From positions 7,626,001 to 7,690,000 of the forward strand of contig JAQFVV010000008.1 in the NCBI GenBank assembly GCA_028023455.1: a DNA stretch of 64,000 bases, in the 5' to 3' direction. The position numbers and the translations under genes are program-made. Position 1 is the stretch's first letter; each line of letters opens with the position of its first letter. Source of the stretch: Epiperipatus broadwayi (lineage: Eukaryota > Animalia > Onychophora). This document shows, piece after piece, positions 40,830-54,042 of the stretch. A model generated the notes under the pieces. The model did not search any database. It had not been told where the DNA came from and saw nothing but the letters and a program-made list of their open reading frames with translations.

Positions 40830-43810
40830 CTTGTGAATTGAAAAGGCAATGATAGGAATAAATTTTAGTATGCTAGCATTTGTTAGTTTAGTTCTTTACT
40901 TAAGGCAGTACAAATACTAAAGAGTTAATTTGGAACTGGACTTGAGACAGAAGTTTCAATTGATAAAGATATTATATCTTCAGGCAACCCTATTTCAGAT
41001 CCTGCCAAACATGGAAGTATTTAGGATCTAGAAAATTTGATCTTAAAATGATCTCCTATGCAACTTGGTTAGGTTGTTGTGTCTGATGGATTACTCATTA
41101 AAGCAATAAAAATAATAATAAATCAGTAGTAATAAATAGTAAAGCAGAAAGCAGTGGAAATATTAAAAATAAGCATTGTAGATTTTTTATTTTTCTAAAT
41201 ATAAATACATGTAATGTGTGAACTTTATTTGATATAAGCTCTTCAAAGCCAGAGTAAAGAATAGCACTGATAGCTGTCAAGATTTATGGTCATTATAGCT
41301 GATCTTAATGAAATTCATCTTCCAAATGAAGAAAATTTAATACAATAGATGGATGGTTACAGATTGTTTTGGAAAGGCAGATTAGTCAGTAAAAGGATAA
41401 TGCAGGATGTTGAATTTGCTATAAAGTGTAATTTAATATCTTCTATTCGTGGAATTCCTTGTTGTATCAATAATGGCTAGTGACACCAGTACTTATTTTA
41501 TTTGTGCTTATGCTCCAACATTAGGTTATTGAATTTTTGCACAACATATGAACTGACTATTTCAATCATGGTTAGATAGAAAAACCACTATAAAAAACAT
41601 GCAAAATGATGCCATTTAATTGATTACATTATAGTTAGGAATTAGAATACAAAAGATTATATTAGATTAGCCCTTACAAGTGCAGATTGTTGTACAGATC
41701 ATAGATTATTACAGTTTTTAATTAAAATGATAATTGTATTAATATTCACAAGAAAATTGATATTTGTTATTTAGAACTATCTCCTTTATGTATCTAAATT
41801 TCAATAGCTATTAAACAATAAAATTATTAATTTGGGCCTTTAGGATTGTCTTAACTGAGGCTTGGAATTATATTGACTGTTATGGATTCAAGTTAATCTG
41901 TTTTTTCATTTTATTTATTATCAGTGATTTAATTTTTTTTTTAAAAAAAAATGGCATTTTCTGCTTGACAATAAATTAAATCTAGAACAACATAATAAAT
42001 ATTGAGATTTGAAGACAGAATTCAACAATTGACAAAAAATCTTAAAAATGATTGGTGGATATAATCTAGATCTTTTTTGATTAACTAAAAGCAATATATG
42101 GATTTGAGAAATGATTATGTAATCCTATTAAATCCAGCAATAACACTCATATGATGCCCGTGATATTTTGAACAGATGAAAGGAATATTGCAATCATCTT
42201 TTGATTAATGATATAAGATTAATGTTATATCCATTTTATCTACTCGTTTAGATTTATATATCCAGCTGAGTGAAGTAAAAGCAGTTCTGTAATCTTAAAA
42301 ATTGGAAGGCTACAAGAATCATGAAATTCCTGAAGTTTTAAAATATGGTAGTGATATGTTTCAAAAATATTGGAATTTTTTAGAAATATATGGACTCGTG
42401 AAATTGTGCCATCTGTTACTTAAGGATACATCTATTGTTCAAATTTTTAAAAATTAAAGAAATAGACAAGATTGCAGTAATTATCATAATATTATTATCT
42501 ACTACAGCAAAAGATAGTTTATAGAATTTTGTTAAATAAGTTGTTTCAATCATAGATGAATGACAAATAGAGACTCGTGGTTTTGAAAAATCAAAAAAAA
42601 TGTTATAGTTTTCTTTTTTGATGTCAAGCAAATGCAAGAAAGCCATCTGAACAAAAGAGTGATTTTATGTAGTATTTTTATTAATTTAATTCAATTTATC
42701 AAACAGGTCTACGGCAATGTTTGAAATTAGTTGGTTATTCACCAAAGTTTATTCTTATATATGACTTTTACATGATAGAATAAGAAAAGTGTTATTACTT
42801 CAAGTGGAAAATCTGAGGCAATTGAAATGAAAACTGGTTTTAAAACAAGGGTGTATACTTGCTCCATAATTATTTTCAATTTTTATGACATTGGTCTTTG
42901 TAACAGTTCATAAGCATGTTAATGCCATAGCAAGACGTAATACAGTTTTGATAGTGGAATTTTAAATTTGAATTTGTTAAAAGTGACAACAAGAACTTTA
43001 TCTTCTGGATGTGTAATATACTGAAAACTGTGCTATTTTTGCCATTTTAAAGGATGATCTACAGAATGTGCTTAATATTTTGAATAAAACTTATAAAAGC
43101 TTTAGTTTAATAGTTGATGTTCAAAAAAACTAAATTCTTTATGTCTTGAAGAAAAATTCTCAGCAACATTTAATTTGGATAGTTTTCTGTTTGAGAATGT
43201 AACCAATTTAAATACTTTGGTAATTTTGTAAGTAGAAAGGTGGATTTAAATATTACGATGCAACACAAATTCTAATGTGTTGCTGCTTTTATTGCAATTA
43301 AGTTAGCTTTATTTAAATCGGTTATTTTATCTAATTTATTGTGGAAGTTGGACTTGGTTACTCTATCCACACATTGTAATGGCATTAGAAAAGTTTCATT
43401 TACTGATTCTTCACAAAATTTTAAAAACAATGGCAAGGTGACTAAAATAAATAAATGTGTTCTTCAACTTGCTGATTGCGATACTATGGAGTTCGCCATT
43501 GTAAAATCATACCTTCATTGGATTGGATACGTAAAATGAATGAACAAAGCAAGATTTCTTAAAAAGATGGTTTTTGAAAGAGAAGTAGATCTTGTTTACA
43601 TTCCAAGGATTCTCTCAAATTCATTCTAAAGAAATGCATTGGGTCGATATGACAAAGAATAGAATAAATTGGAGAGCTACAATTAGACATGGTATTGAAG
43701 TATTTTATAAAGAAAAGTTTTTAAACTCAAAATATCAAAATGGATTAATGATTTCTATATATGGACACAATTTATTATGTAGTCATTGCAAAATTCATCT
43801 CTAGAGTATT
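40830..43810 (+). mobile_element. Old RTE-type LINE remnant
   Basis: LIDYIIVR, ADCCTDHRL, LKQGCILAP and HWIGYVK.M remnants in order; heavily decayed. Confidence 0.75.
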
Positions 43811-44041
43811 TTTATATATATATCTTTTTTTTACTCCAATAATCATACACATTTATGAATGGTTGCTGTATATATGTATGTAAAAAAAGAAAAGATTATA
43901 ATATTAACTAAGTTTTAAAATAAATTGATTTATACTTTTTTTTGAAGAATGTTTATTGAAGTTGCAGCTTAAATTTATATTATTTTAAAAAAGTATTTGC
44001 CAATCAGAATATTTACTGCTTGTATTTTTGTTTGTTAACAG

Positions 44042-44250
44042 GAAGCTTATAAAGCTATTGAAGACATTCATCTCTTGATGACTTTATCTAAAAAGCCACC
44101 AAAACCACAATTAATGGCCAATTATTATCAAAAACTTGCTCTAGTATTTTGGAAAGCAGGCAATTATCTTTTTCATGCATCTGCCTTACATCGACTTTTT
44201 CATTTATCTCGTGAATTGAAAAAAAATTTAACACAAGAAGAAGTTCAAAG
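44042..44250 (+). CDS. eIF3a: eIF3a coding exon ([70 protein letters not shown])
   Basis: aacag|GAA ... AAG|gtgagt; 209 nt; clear eIF3a similarity. Confidence 0.97.
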
Positions 44251-44418
44251 GTGAGTTTTATCTTTGAATTTAATAGGATTAGTATATGTAAAGCAAATAT
44301 GATATTGTTTAAAATTTTAGAAAGCTATAGGTTATGTACTTTATCTGTTTGAATATGTAATTGCAAAACAAGATGGAAATAAGCATTTCTGTATAATGAA
44401 GTATCCAAAAAAGATATA

Positions 44419-45618
44419 CACCTGGGTCTCTTTTTACACAGACTTATTTAACATGATTTTGAAGTTATGCAATTCGTGTTTTACCGGAAGTCGACCTCCG
44501 ATAATGCGCTATTACTTTAAATAATAAATTTCGCGCATTTACATTATATTGAAAGTAATAGCACATTATTGGAATTCTACTTTCATCTTAGTAATTTCAA
44601 TATTTTCAGTGCTTTATAATAGTAAGATTTTATGCAATAATGAAATTAAAATCATGATTTCCACATTTTATGTATACACATTAAAATTTACAAGATTATA
44701 ATGTAAATTTGTTCACACATTGTGCGTGTTAATTTTGCATTTTAAATCACATTCTGTTTTTGCTTTTTTAAAAAGAACATAATCAATTATTAATCATTTA
44801 GTGTCCACAAGTTTATTTTTAAAAGGTCAGTGGGCACAATTAAAAATTAAAATCTGATTTTTAATTGTAATTAACAATTTAAAAATTACTTACGGGTGAC
44901 TTGAAATTAATGTGATGTAAAACGAAATTTGATTTTTAAACGGAATTGAAAATTAAAGGCAAAAAATAAGAATTTAATTTTTAGTTGTTAATTTTAATTA
45001 AATTTTTCCCAGCAGTGGTGAATAAATGTCTTTTTATTATCATAAGTCTAAGTTCATAAACAATTAATAAAATCGTCGTCGTCGTCAACAGAAAACTATT
45101 AACACAACATGAGAGTGAACTTGGCGCTGGTTGTATTTCCTCTTGTGAGAATAATTGCTGAGATATTCTTGACTTCATTTAAGGAGAAGCCAAATACATC
45201 ATATCACATCACATGAGAATCTGATTTTTTACTAGTTTGCAAACGAACGTGTTTTTGGGCAAATAGTGATAATAATTAAAACGTGTATAAAAAAATGTAA
45301 ATTACTGTACTGTAAATTATGCATAAAAATATATTATTTTGAATAAAATTAAATATTATAGTTAAAAAAGTTTGTCTTATATCATTTTTTTTCAAATTTG
45401 AAATTTTTTATTAGTCATATTTTATTTCCTTATTATTTTTTTTTTTTTTGCGCGAATTCTAAAGTAATTTTACGTTGGTGCTTTGCTTTTACACGAATTT
45501 TGAAAAATCATAGACCGCATCCCCCCCTTTTCAATGTAAATTACGTCTATTTTTGCGCAATTTCGTTTGCGCGTGTTTTCTGAGGAACCTATCTATCGCG
45601 TAAAACGAGACCCAGGTG
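44419..45618. mobile_element. 1.2-kb non-autonomous Tc1/mariner-superfamily element (MITE)
   Basis: TIRs CACCTGGGTCTC(T/G)TTTTAC; TA at both flanks (44417-44418, 45619-45620); retains CpGs; no transposase ORF. Confidence 0.9.
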
Positions 45619-48600
45619 TATGCGTATTCTGTCCATAATAAGTCATCAGAGATACAACACACAAATAATAATAATTGATTATTATTTTGGGTAATTTGCC
45701 ATTGCATTTCACTCTCTTGAGAATATTTTATTTTAGCATCTCACCTTTAAAGCTAAAAGTAGTAGCAATAGATCTTTGAATCATATTAATATTAGTGATA
45801 TTTTTTGTCTGAAATGAAATAATTTTTATGGCATTCAATAATACATTTTTTATTTTGTTATGACAGCAACTCACAAAAGGACAAATTTACTATTCAAAAA
45901 TTAATGGGTACTAAAAAATAGTAAAAATAAAAACTGCCCAGGAGAGAGACGATATGTATCTGTTTAATTTATTTTTGAAAAATTGTATTGTAATCATAAG
46001 TTGTTTAAATATTGATAGTTAAATCTCCATTATGAATGAAATTTCAATTTTCAGATGTAATTGTTAAATTTTTTTGAGGATTTACCAGTTATCTATATTT
46101 CCATGTTAAATAGATTTTAATCAAAATTATGCATGCAATTATCAGTAGCAGAAACTTTGCCATTATGTATATATATATACAAGTTGTTTGATTAGAAAGA
46201 GAAATGATTTACATTAGTAAAATTTATGCAGTAGATAAATTTATAAGAAAACAAGAAAAGATTTGAGAAAGTACAGGCATTTTCAAATTATGATTAATTA
46301 AAAAATTGTGGTGATAATTTTTATTTGGACAATTTTTCCCATATCAGGTAGTTAGAATTTTTAAAAAAGACTTTAACGGAGTTATTTTTCCCAAATATAA
46401 TCTTCCCTTTTATATGAGCCTAATGCCTATAAATCTATATTTTACATAAAAAATATCCTATAGAGCTAAGTTAATAAAAAATGTGTAGGAACAGTATGAA
46501 TATTTAGAGCTATTCAGAATTGAAGGAAAGAAATATACTTTTTCATTCTTTTTTTATATTGATCTAAAATTGAACAATAAAAAAATAAATCAATAGTATG
46601 GAAAAAGGGTAGAAACTTTTTTCTTTTATTTCCTTGCAGCAAACTAATTTTATTTTTATTGTTTTTATATATGGTAAAACATTGTACTTCTTTTTTGCCC
46701 TTTTTTATTTTTATATCACATTTTGTAATTGTTGTTTACACATTAATAAAGTTTATTAATTCTATAAAAATTATATGGCTGAGCACTTTCAAGAATTTAT
46801 AATTTTAATTCTTTTTGTTTATTGGTTTATATACATCTGTGGATATGTACCCATGTATATAATAAAAATATAGATATAGAAGACTAGAAAAAAGAAATAG
46901 AATATTTTATTACTTTTTACTATAATTACGCAAAAGTGAAAAAGAGGGATGGGGATATCACTTTCAATCATTCATTAGCATCAAAGTAAATTATTAATTA
47001 CAAAATTGTTAATTTCAGGGTATTCTTTAGTCTATATATTATTAGAAATATGATGTTTCAAATAATGTTTTATAAAAATTATTTTAATACATGAGCTGTA
47101 AATGTAATCATTAAAAGAAAGTGCATTTTAATTGTCATAGCAATAAAAGTTTATATTTTGAGTTACATAAAAAGTTGTGAAACAAATAATTTACATAAGT
47201 TGAGAACCCTCCATATAGTTTTTCCTAAAATTGATCATTTTTATATTATTGTTGACTATATTTTTTGAAAAGTTTTTTTTTAAAAATTAATTATTAAAAA
47301 ACAACTCCCATATATTTCAGATGGATGATATTCTTTATGCTTTTTAATCTCTTATTTAATTACTACACTCCTTTTAATCATTAATTTTTTTCCCATTTTT
47401 AATATTTTCTTGTAATAAGCTAGATTTTTTTTTTTTACTTCTATGTCCATGTCCAATCCTGTTTTTTTTTCTGCTTCATAATTTTTTCAATAAGTAACCC
47501 TTTCTTACAGTGCTAACTTTATTTGTTAAAGTCATTATTTTTGTTAATTTAAATTTGCATCTATAATCTCTAGTTAGTGTTTCTTTCCTAATTAAACATA
47601 TCTTTGTGATAGCAGAATATAACTTTTGTCTGTTTAACCATTGCAGTTGTCATTTTCACTTATTTATCATTACTTGTTCATTAATCAACTTGGGTCCTGC
47701 TTTCTAAATCACTTCATTCCTATTCTGCATTTTAAACTCATTTTCATTATAATAATGAATCTCCTAATTCCCAATATTAATTTCGTTATTAAAATAACTT
47801 GTCTGAATATTAACACAAGATATAGACAAATTTATATATTTTTTATTTTATTCTCTTCTATAAAATTTTAATTTTACAAATTTCGTTTGATTCATATATA
47901 TATATTTTTAAATAAATATATATTTTTTTCATTTACAGATTATATTTTCAAAATATTCAACAAAATAATCCAATTCATTCTATCAAATATCTTTTCAAGA
48001 TCAATGTGGTTTAAACAGTAGTTTTTACTACTTCACTTGCATTTCCTCATTCGTTTTTCTACCATGTCTAAATTAAAATTGTTACATTAAATAAAAGCAT
48101 GGCTAATATTTTATCAGCATTTGCGGTAAAACATGCTTTTATTATGAAGGTTTTAAAAATTACTGTCTCATATAATAACATGGTAGGCTATTGTTTTTAA
48201 AAGTAATTACATTTTAAAACTTTAATTGCATGTAATGAGATACATTTCATATGGTTTATTTGCTTATTCAAATTCTACGCTGTAATGTACATACAATTTT
48301 TGATTAATAGGTTTCTGTTTATATATGCAATATAAGCATATAATTGTGATATAACTAATTTAATGTCCTAAAACATCATTACTTATTGACACTGTCTTGT
48401 TTATATATATATATGTGTGTATGTGTGTATTATAGAACATTAAATTAGTTATTATATCTCAAAATTAATCCTTGCACAAAAAATATAATTATTAAATTTT
48501 AAAAAAAAAGTAATGTGACCCTTAATTTAATATTACCTCAATATTTTATTTCACAAAATATATTTGAATATTCATTAGTATTAAATTAAAATTAAGTTCA

Positions 48601-49229
48601 ATAAAAATGATTATTTATTGAAAATTATTATAAATATTTTTGTTCTAATGTTATTTGATTGGCTTATGTATATAAATCAAGAAGAATAGTTAAGAATTCA
48701 CCTATATGTAATCTTAGTTATAAACTTAAATGTTGCTAATACTTATTTTATGTGAATCTATTATACATATGCGATAGATTCGTCATATGGATTTAATAAA
48801 GCCGCAACTTATAATCTGCAAGATTTATCAAATTGTTTTGTAAAAAATTTCAAAGGAAAGTCAGATTTGATTTAATTGCAAGATAATTGAAGAATTAGGC
48901 TTGTTATTAAATTATGCAGATTTAATAAGAAGGTAGATATTTTGAAAATGTGAGAAGAATTTTTGTTATTTATATGAAGTAGATGAAAGTATTGATTTGA
49001 TAATTTAAAGTGAAATAGATGAATTATTAGATTGAAAAAATAATAAAAATAAAATGGAAAACATGGGGAAATGTTGAGATTTATAGTTGAATTGCTATAG
49101 TTTGGGTAAGGAAAGAGAGTATTAATTGACATTTGTAATATAAAATAGGATTCCTGGAGTGATTATTAGATTTTCAGCAATAATTATTACATAAGTAAAT
49201 ATTTTTTTGCAATAAAAATAGTAACATTT

Positions 49230-50080
49230 TAGAACAATTAATAGCTTTTTTCTCATAAATAGTTATTATTTATATAATAAATAATGTCAACTTATGAAAT
49301 CTATTATAGAATGACATTATTAATACTGTATTTGTTTTATTGAATTTAAAAAAGCATTTGATAATAAATTGGATTAGCGGCGTGAATCTTTTGAAAAGAA
49401 TAGACTTATTCAATCAGTAAATGATATATTTATGGAATTAAACTATTTATTTAATATTAATGGAGTTGTTTATCTTCACATTAATATTTATTTAGATAAA
49501 AATAAATATTACTTAAAAATTATGTGCTATTTAGAAGACAAAAAGATTCTGTGGATCAGTTTTGCTATAATGTAATATGTGCTTATAAATACTAGAAGTG
49601 TACTTAAAGCAGTCAGAATTATTTGTGTAAGAAATTTACTATGAAAATACTTATGAATAAAAGTAAAACTTGGATATTGTAAACCTTTAAATATGTAGTA
49701 AATTATTTTAATGATGATATAATGAAAAAGAAAATTAAATCTGAATAGTCACTGGCTAATCAAATTTTTATTATAATAAGATAATGTAATTTCTTAGCGC
49801 ATTGAAGTGGCAGAATCAAAAAAAAATTGTTAAAAGGAAGTATAGATATTAATATAACAAAAATTTAAAACTATTTTTAAAAAAAGCAGGAAAGTGATTT
49901 GAAGATGTTTTGGCTTGAAAATAAAAAAGTTTGAATAAAGAGAGAGAATAATAGATAATGAAAAAGCATATTTATTGAAATTTAAATGGGAATTTGCATA
50001 TTGTTTAAAGTAAAGCAGTTTATAGATAATGTTAAGAAATGGAATTTGTAAAGTACAATTAAGGGATACATATATTTGGA
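49230..50080 (+). mobile_element. Old LINE RT fragment
   Basis: tttattgaatttaaaaaagcatttgat = FIEFKKAFD; heavily decayed. Confidence 0.45.
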
Positions 50081-50474
50081 TATAATCTAGAGTTGAGGTA
50101 TGGAACTGCTTTTTTTTAATAAATGACTTGCTAATAGCAAATAAATATTTTTGTTTGTTTGATAGTTCTATTTAAAGTTACTTATTATATAAATTTTTGT
50201 AATATTTTAATATTTATTTTATAAACCAATTTATCTGTCTTTCTTATGTAATGCAGAAAATAAGAATTTAATTTATATTACGATATTGATTAATCTAATT
50301 ATAAATTTATAGATGTTAATTTTTACTGTATTATATGTAAAGGAATATGTAAATCTATAAATTGTTTTTTAAAAGTATGTGATTTTTTTTTTTTTTTGCT
50401 GTTTTTTTTTTTTAAATAAATGTTAAGCATATGTGTGTATATTTACATACATGTGCACACAATTTCTTTAATAG

Positions 50475-50646
50475 AATGGCTTCAAAAGTACTTTTAGCAA
50501 CACTTTCAATTCCCATACCACCATCTCGAAATGAAATTGACAAATATTTAGAATTGGATGATACTACTATTGAAAAACAGAGGCGTTTAGCAACATTACT
50601 GAGTTTACCCAATGCTCCAACTCGAGCTAGTTTAATTAAAGATTTG
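50475..50646 (+). CDS. eIF3a: eIF3a coding exon (MASKVLLATLSIPIPPSRNEIDKYLELDDTTIEKQRRLATLLSLPNAPTRASLIKDL)
   Basis: aatag|A ATG ... TTG|gtaagt; 172 nt; phase matches the preceding exon. Confidence 0.96.
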
Positions 50647-50724
50647 GTAAGTGTTTAACATTTATTACCATAAGATTAAACTTTTTTTTAAAGTAAGGTT
50701 TTAATTATATATTTATTGTTATAG

Positions 50725-51039
50725 GTAAAATATAGTGTTATCCAGTTTGTTGTACCTGAAATTCAAAATCTTTATTATTGGTTGGAAGTAGAATTTCATC
50801 CTCTACATTTATGTAAACAAGTATCCAAATGTTTTGACTTTATTTCTGAATCAAAAGAAGCTGATATTCAACAATATATGCCTGCCCTACAGGATATTAC
50901 TATTATGCGTTTACTAAAACAAGTTTCACAAGTTTATCAGACAATAGAATTTTCTCGTTTGGCATCTTTAGCTCCTTTTGCACCACAGTTCAGGTTAGAG
51001 AGGTTGATTGTAGATGCAGCAAGAACCTGTGATTTACAA
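50725..51039 (+). CDS. eIF3a: eIF3a coding exon, PCI domain ([30 protein letters not shown]...[18 protein letters not shown]...[10 protein letters not shown])
   Basis: tatag|GTA ... CAA|gtatgt; 315 nt after a 78-bp intron. Confidence 0.97.
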
Positions 51040-51731
51040 GTATGTAATTAAACTAATTTTTAATATAAATAATTTTTCAAAAAGGGATTTTTTTCTTTTA
51101 GTATTTTTCACTAAATTAGAAATAAATCTTTTATTTTCTAGAATTTTTCTAAATAATAATTGATAGAACCTATGCTATTTTATGATCTTAATTGTATTTT
51201 TGCTCTCTTTAGTGAAATTGACTCATAAATGCTATTTTTGAATGAAAACTATTTTGACAGATTTTAAAATAATAATTCACTTATCTATAATTAAATATTA
51301 AACTAATAATAATGTAATTCATTTCTTTTATTCATAAATTAAAAACTAAAAATTCTAAATAATGAAATTTCATTATATTATGATGAACGGTTTTTTTACT
51401 TTATAATGAAGCTCTAAATTTGAAATGATAGAAATTATTAAAAAGCTGATATGTAATGGGAAATATAATCAAGAATTCAAGTTTTATCACTTGATTATAT
51501 ATTCTTTATTTTTAGGAAATTATCCTCTAGCATTCTTCAGAATGCTGCATTTGCAATTCCCACAGGATATGTCATTTGCATATACATTTACAAGTATATA
51601 AATATCAGAAAAAATTTAAAAAAATATCTGTGAGATCATAACTTTCATAACATAGTTAAAATATAATCACTTATTGTATATAGTTTAATAATTATCAATA
51701 ACAATAGATTTTATTATAAAATTAAATATAA

Positions 51732-51783
51732 TTGTAAAATAATATAGGCGCTATTGCACCTGACCGCCTATATTGTTTTACAA
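51732..51783. other. 19-bp stem hairpin with 14-nt loop
   Basis: TTGTAAAATAATATAGGCG / CGCCTATATTGTTTTACAA with one G-T pair. Confidence 0.9.
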
Positions 51784-53381
51784 ATATATTTTCACACGCA
51801 AAGTTTTCGAGTTAGGTTTGAATTACAAAATTAAATATAGAAAGATTATTTGATGTAAATGTGCAATCTACTAAATAAATATTTTGTGTCACTTGGGATG
51901 GGAGGGGACTGACTTATATTTAGGAACTTGAGGCAAACTTTTGAAACTCAGTAATGATTTTCTAATCACTTACAAATTAATATAATAGCCAAAATATAGG
52001 ATTATTACTATTTTTCTATGACATATGCATCTGGGTGATCCTTATTGATTCTAGATATCATGAATAATGGAGACTAAATTCTAGGAAGATTATATACATA
52101 TTTTAACATAACAAGATTTGAAATATTTCAAATAAATGTCAAAGTTCATTTAAAAAGAAAAGATAGTTATGGAAAGAGGATAAACAATGTCTATGTTTGT
52201 CAATAATATATTTCATGTTTTTTAACTTTGATGACAAAATTATCTGAAAATGCACTTGCTAAGTTTGCTAAGAATATTATTTGATGTTTGCATCTTTAAT
52301 ACAGTTAAATTAGGTGTGCTTTTTTAAAAAAAAATATTGATAGTGCTGCATTGTGTTTAATGACTACTCTAGTAGCGTTTACCCTCATAATCTTTCTCCG
52401 AGATATCTTGGACCTAAACACAAGAACCCTTCTATCAACTTTGGATATATTACAATTTCATAAACTAATTAATTAGAATGGTTTATTTCTCCAACTTGTA
52501 TAGGATTTACTTGATTCTATAGAGTACGAAAATTCCCCTGAATACCCAACAAATTTTGAGACTAAATAATGATGAAATGTGTATTATAATTTAAAAATTA
52601 TGTAACAATTTATTATAGGTCTAAATTCAAATAAAGTTGAAAAGAATTTAATAAAAGCTAATAAATAAAATCAATAAACAATTTATCTATGTAACTTAAT
52701 ACAAAAAATTTTTTTTAACTAAATTAAATTACTAAAGGAAGTCCTAAAAAAAACATATTATTAATATAATGATAAGTATATATTGGCAATTGTATAATGA
52801 AAATGATTAACATTTTTCTTATCATTTAAAATATCACACAATATATGACACGAGTAAAGATGATAACATACATAGAATGTTTGTCTTTTCTTAAGGACTT
52901 AATTGCATTCATTCCATGTGCAGTAGAGATTATTTAAATTTTGCTAGGTATCAAATTTTATTAGATAAGAATGTGTTATTATTACTTCCTGTAAAGTATG
53001 AAGTATATTTACATAAACAAATTTAACATTTTTTTTCTATATTACATTTAAAATTATCCTGCCCAATTTAAATATTTTGAAATGATATGCAATGGAATTT
53101 AACAATGTATACACACAGTATATTTCATGATATAATATAAATTGCATTTAATAACAAAATGTACAAAAATAAATAAATGTGTTTTAATTTATTTAAAATT
53201 ATTTTTGCCAATTTGTACTTAATATAAACTTTTTTTTTTCATCTTTTTAAAAAACAAAACTGCAACTATTTAACAATTTTTAAGTTGATAAAATTTGCAA
53301 AAATAAAAGATAGTTTTTCTTTTTGATTAATCATATCTATTGATAGACCATTATTTAATAAATTATTGAAAGCTATTTTGT

Positions 53382-53654
53382 TGTATTTTTATATTGGACT
53401 ATTTCCATAATCTAATATGCATATTGAATGCCTTTAGAAAAATTTAACTTTATTTAAATATTCCGAATACATTCAACTGTTAGTAATAGCACATCAAACA
53501 GGTTAGTATATGCACAACGTTTCGAGAGGTATTATTCTCCCTTCTTCAGGTACTGCTGGCCTGACCAGCGACAGTATTAACATGGGATTCGAACCTGGAT
53601 CCTTAGATTTTTGATTATTGAATTTTAAGATAACACTAACCGAACCATCCTGCC
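53382..53654 (-). mobile_element. tRNA-derived SINE carrying a minimal type I hammerhead ribozyme
   Basis: Minus strand: A-box-like GGCAGGATGGTTCGG head (starts 53654), B box GGTTCGAATCC (53585-53595), HHR at 53512-53553, and a 3' tail homologous to the arms of the 5074-5508 palindrome. No TSD found. Confidence 0.8.
53512..53553 (-). ncRNA. Minimal type I hammerhead ribozyme motif
   Basis: GTAC-CTGAAGA-A-GGGAG aataatac CTCTC-GAAAC GTT-GTGC. All core nucleotides are present, with a 5-bp stem II, a palindromic loopless stem III (AACGTT) and a 4-bp stem I. Predicted cut between 53516 and 53515. Confidence 0.75.
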
Positions 53655-54042
53655 AAAGGCAGCAGTCAGTAGAAAATTTATATACTTATCTATGAGGTTT
53701 CTCTTGAATTTGATTGAATTTATTTTAGATAATTAAATTTATGTGATATGAACAATTTTACAGTTTTTGAAAATTAATTTCAAATGGATTAGCATCCTTA
53801 TTTTTTTGATATTATCCTTATAGCATTTGCACCACCTTTGTGTTTTGTGGAATGAAAAAGTAGTTCTAGAAAAAATTAGGTTCTTTAATTTGTATGTAAT
53901 GTTTTTTTTTTGTATCAAAATTTATAGTATTTCTTTTGAGAGCAAAATAGCAAATAACTTGATAGAAAAAACTTCTCTTTTTTTTAACTTATAATATTTT
54001 TGTAACTTAATTTTAATATATTTTTTTTTAATTTAATAAAAC

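Noticed and set aside
53575-53654. Functional tRNA-Leu gene
   Set aside because: The acceptor and anticodon stems do not pair and the D arm is shortened; better explained as a SINE head.
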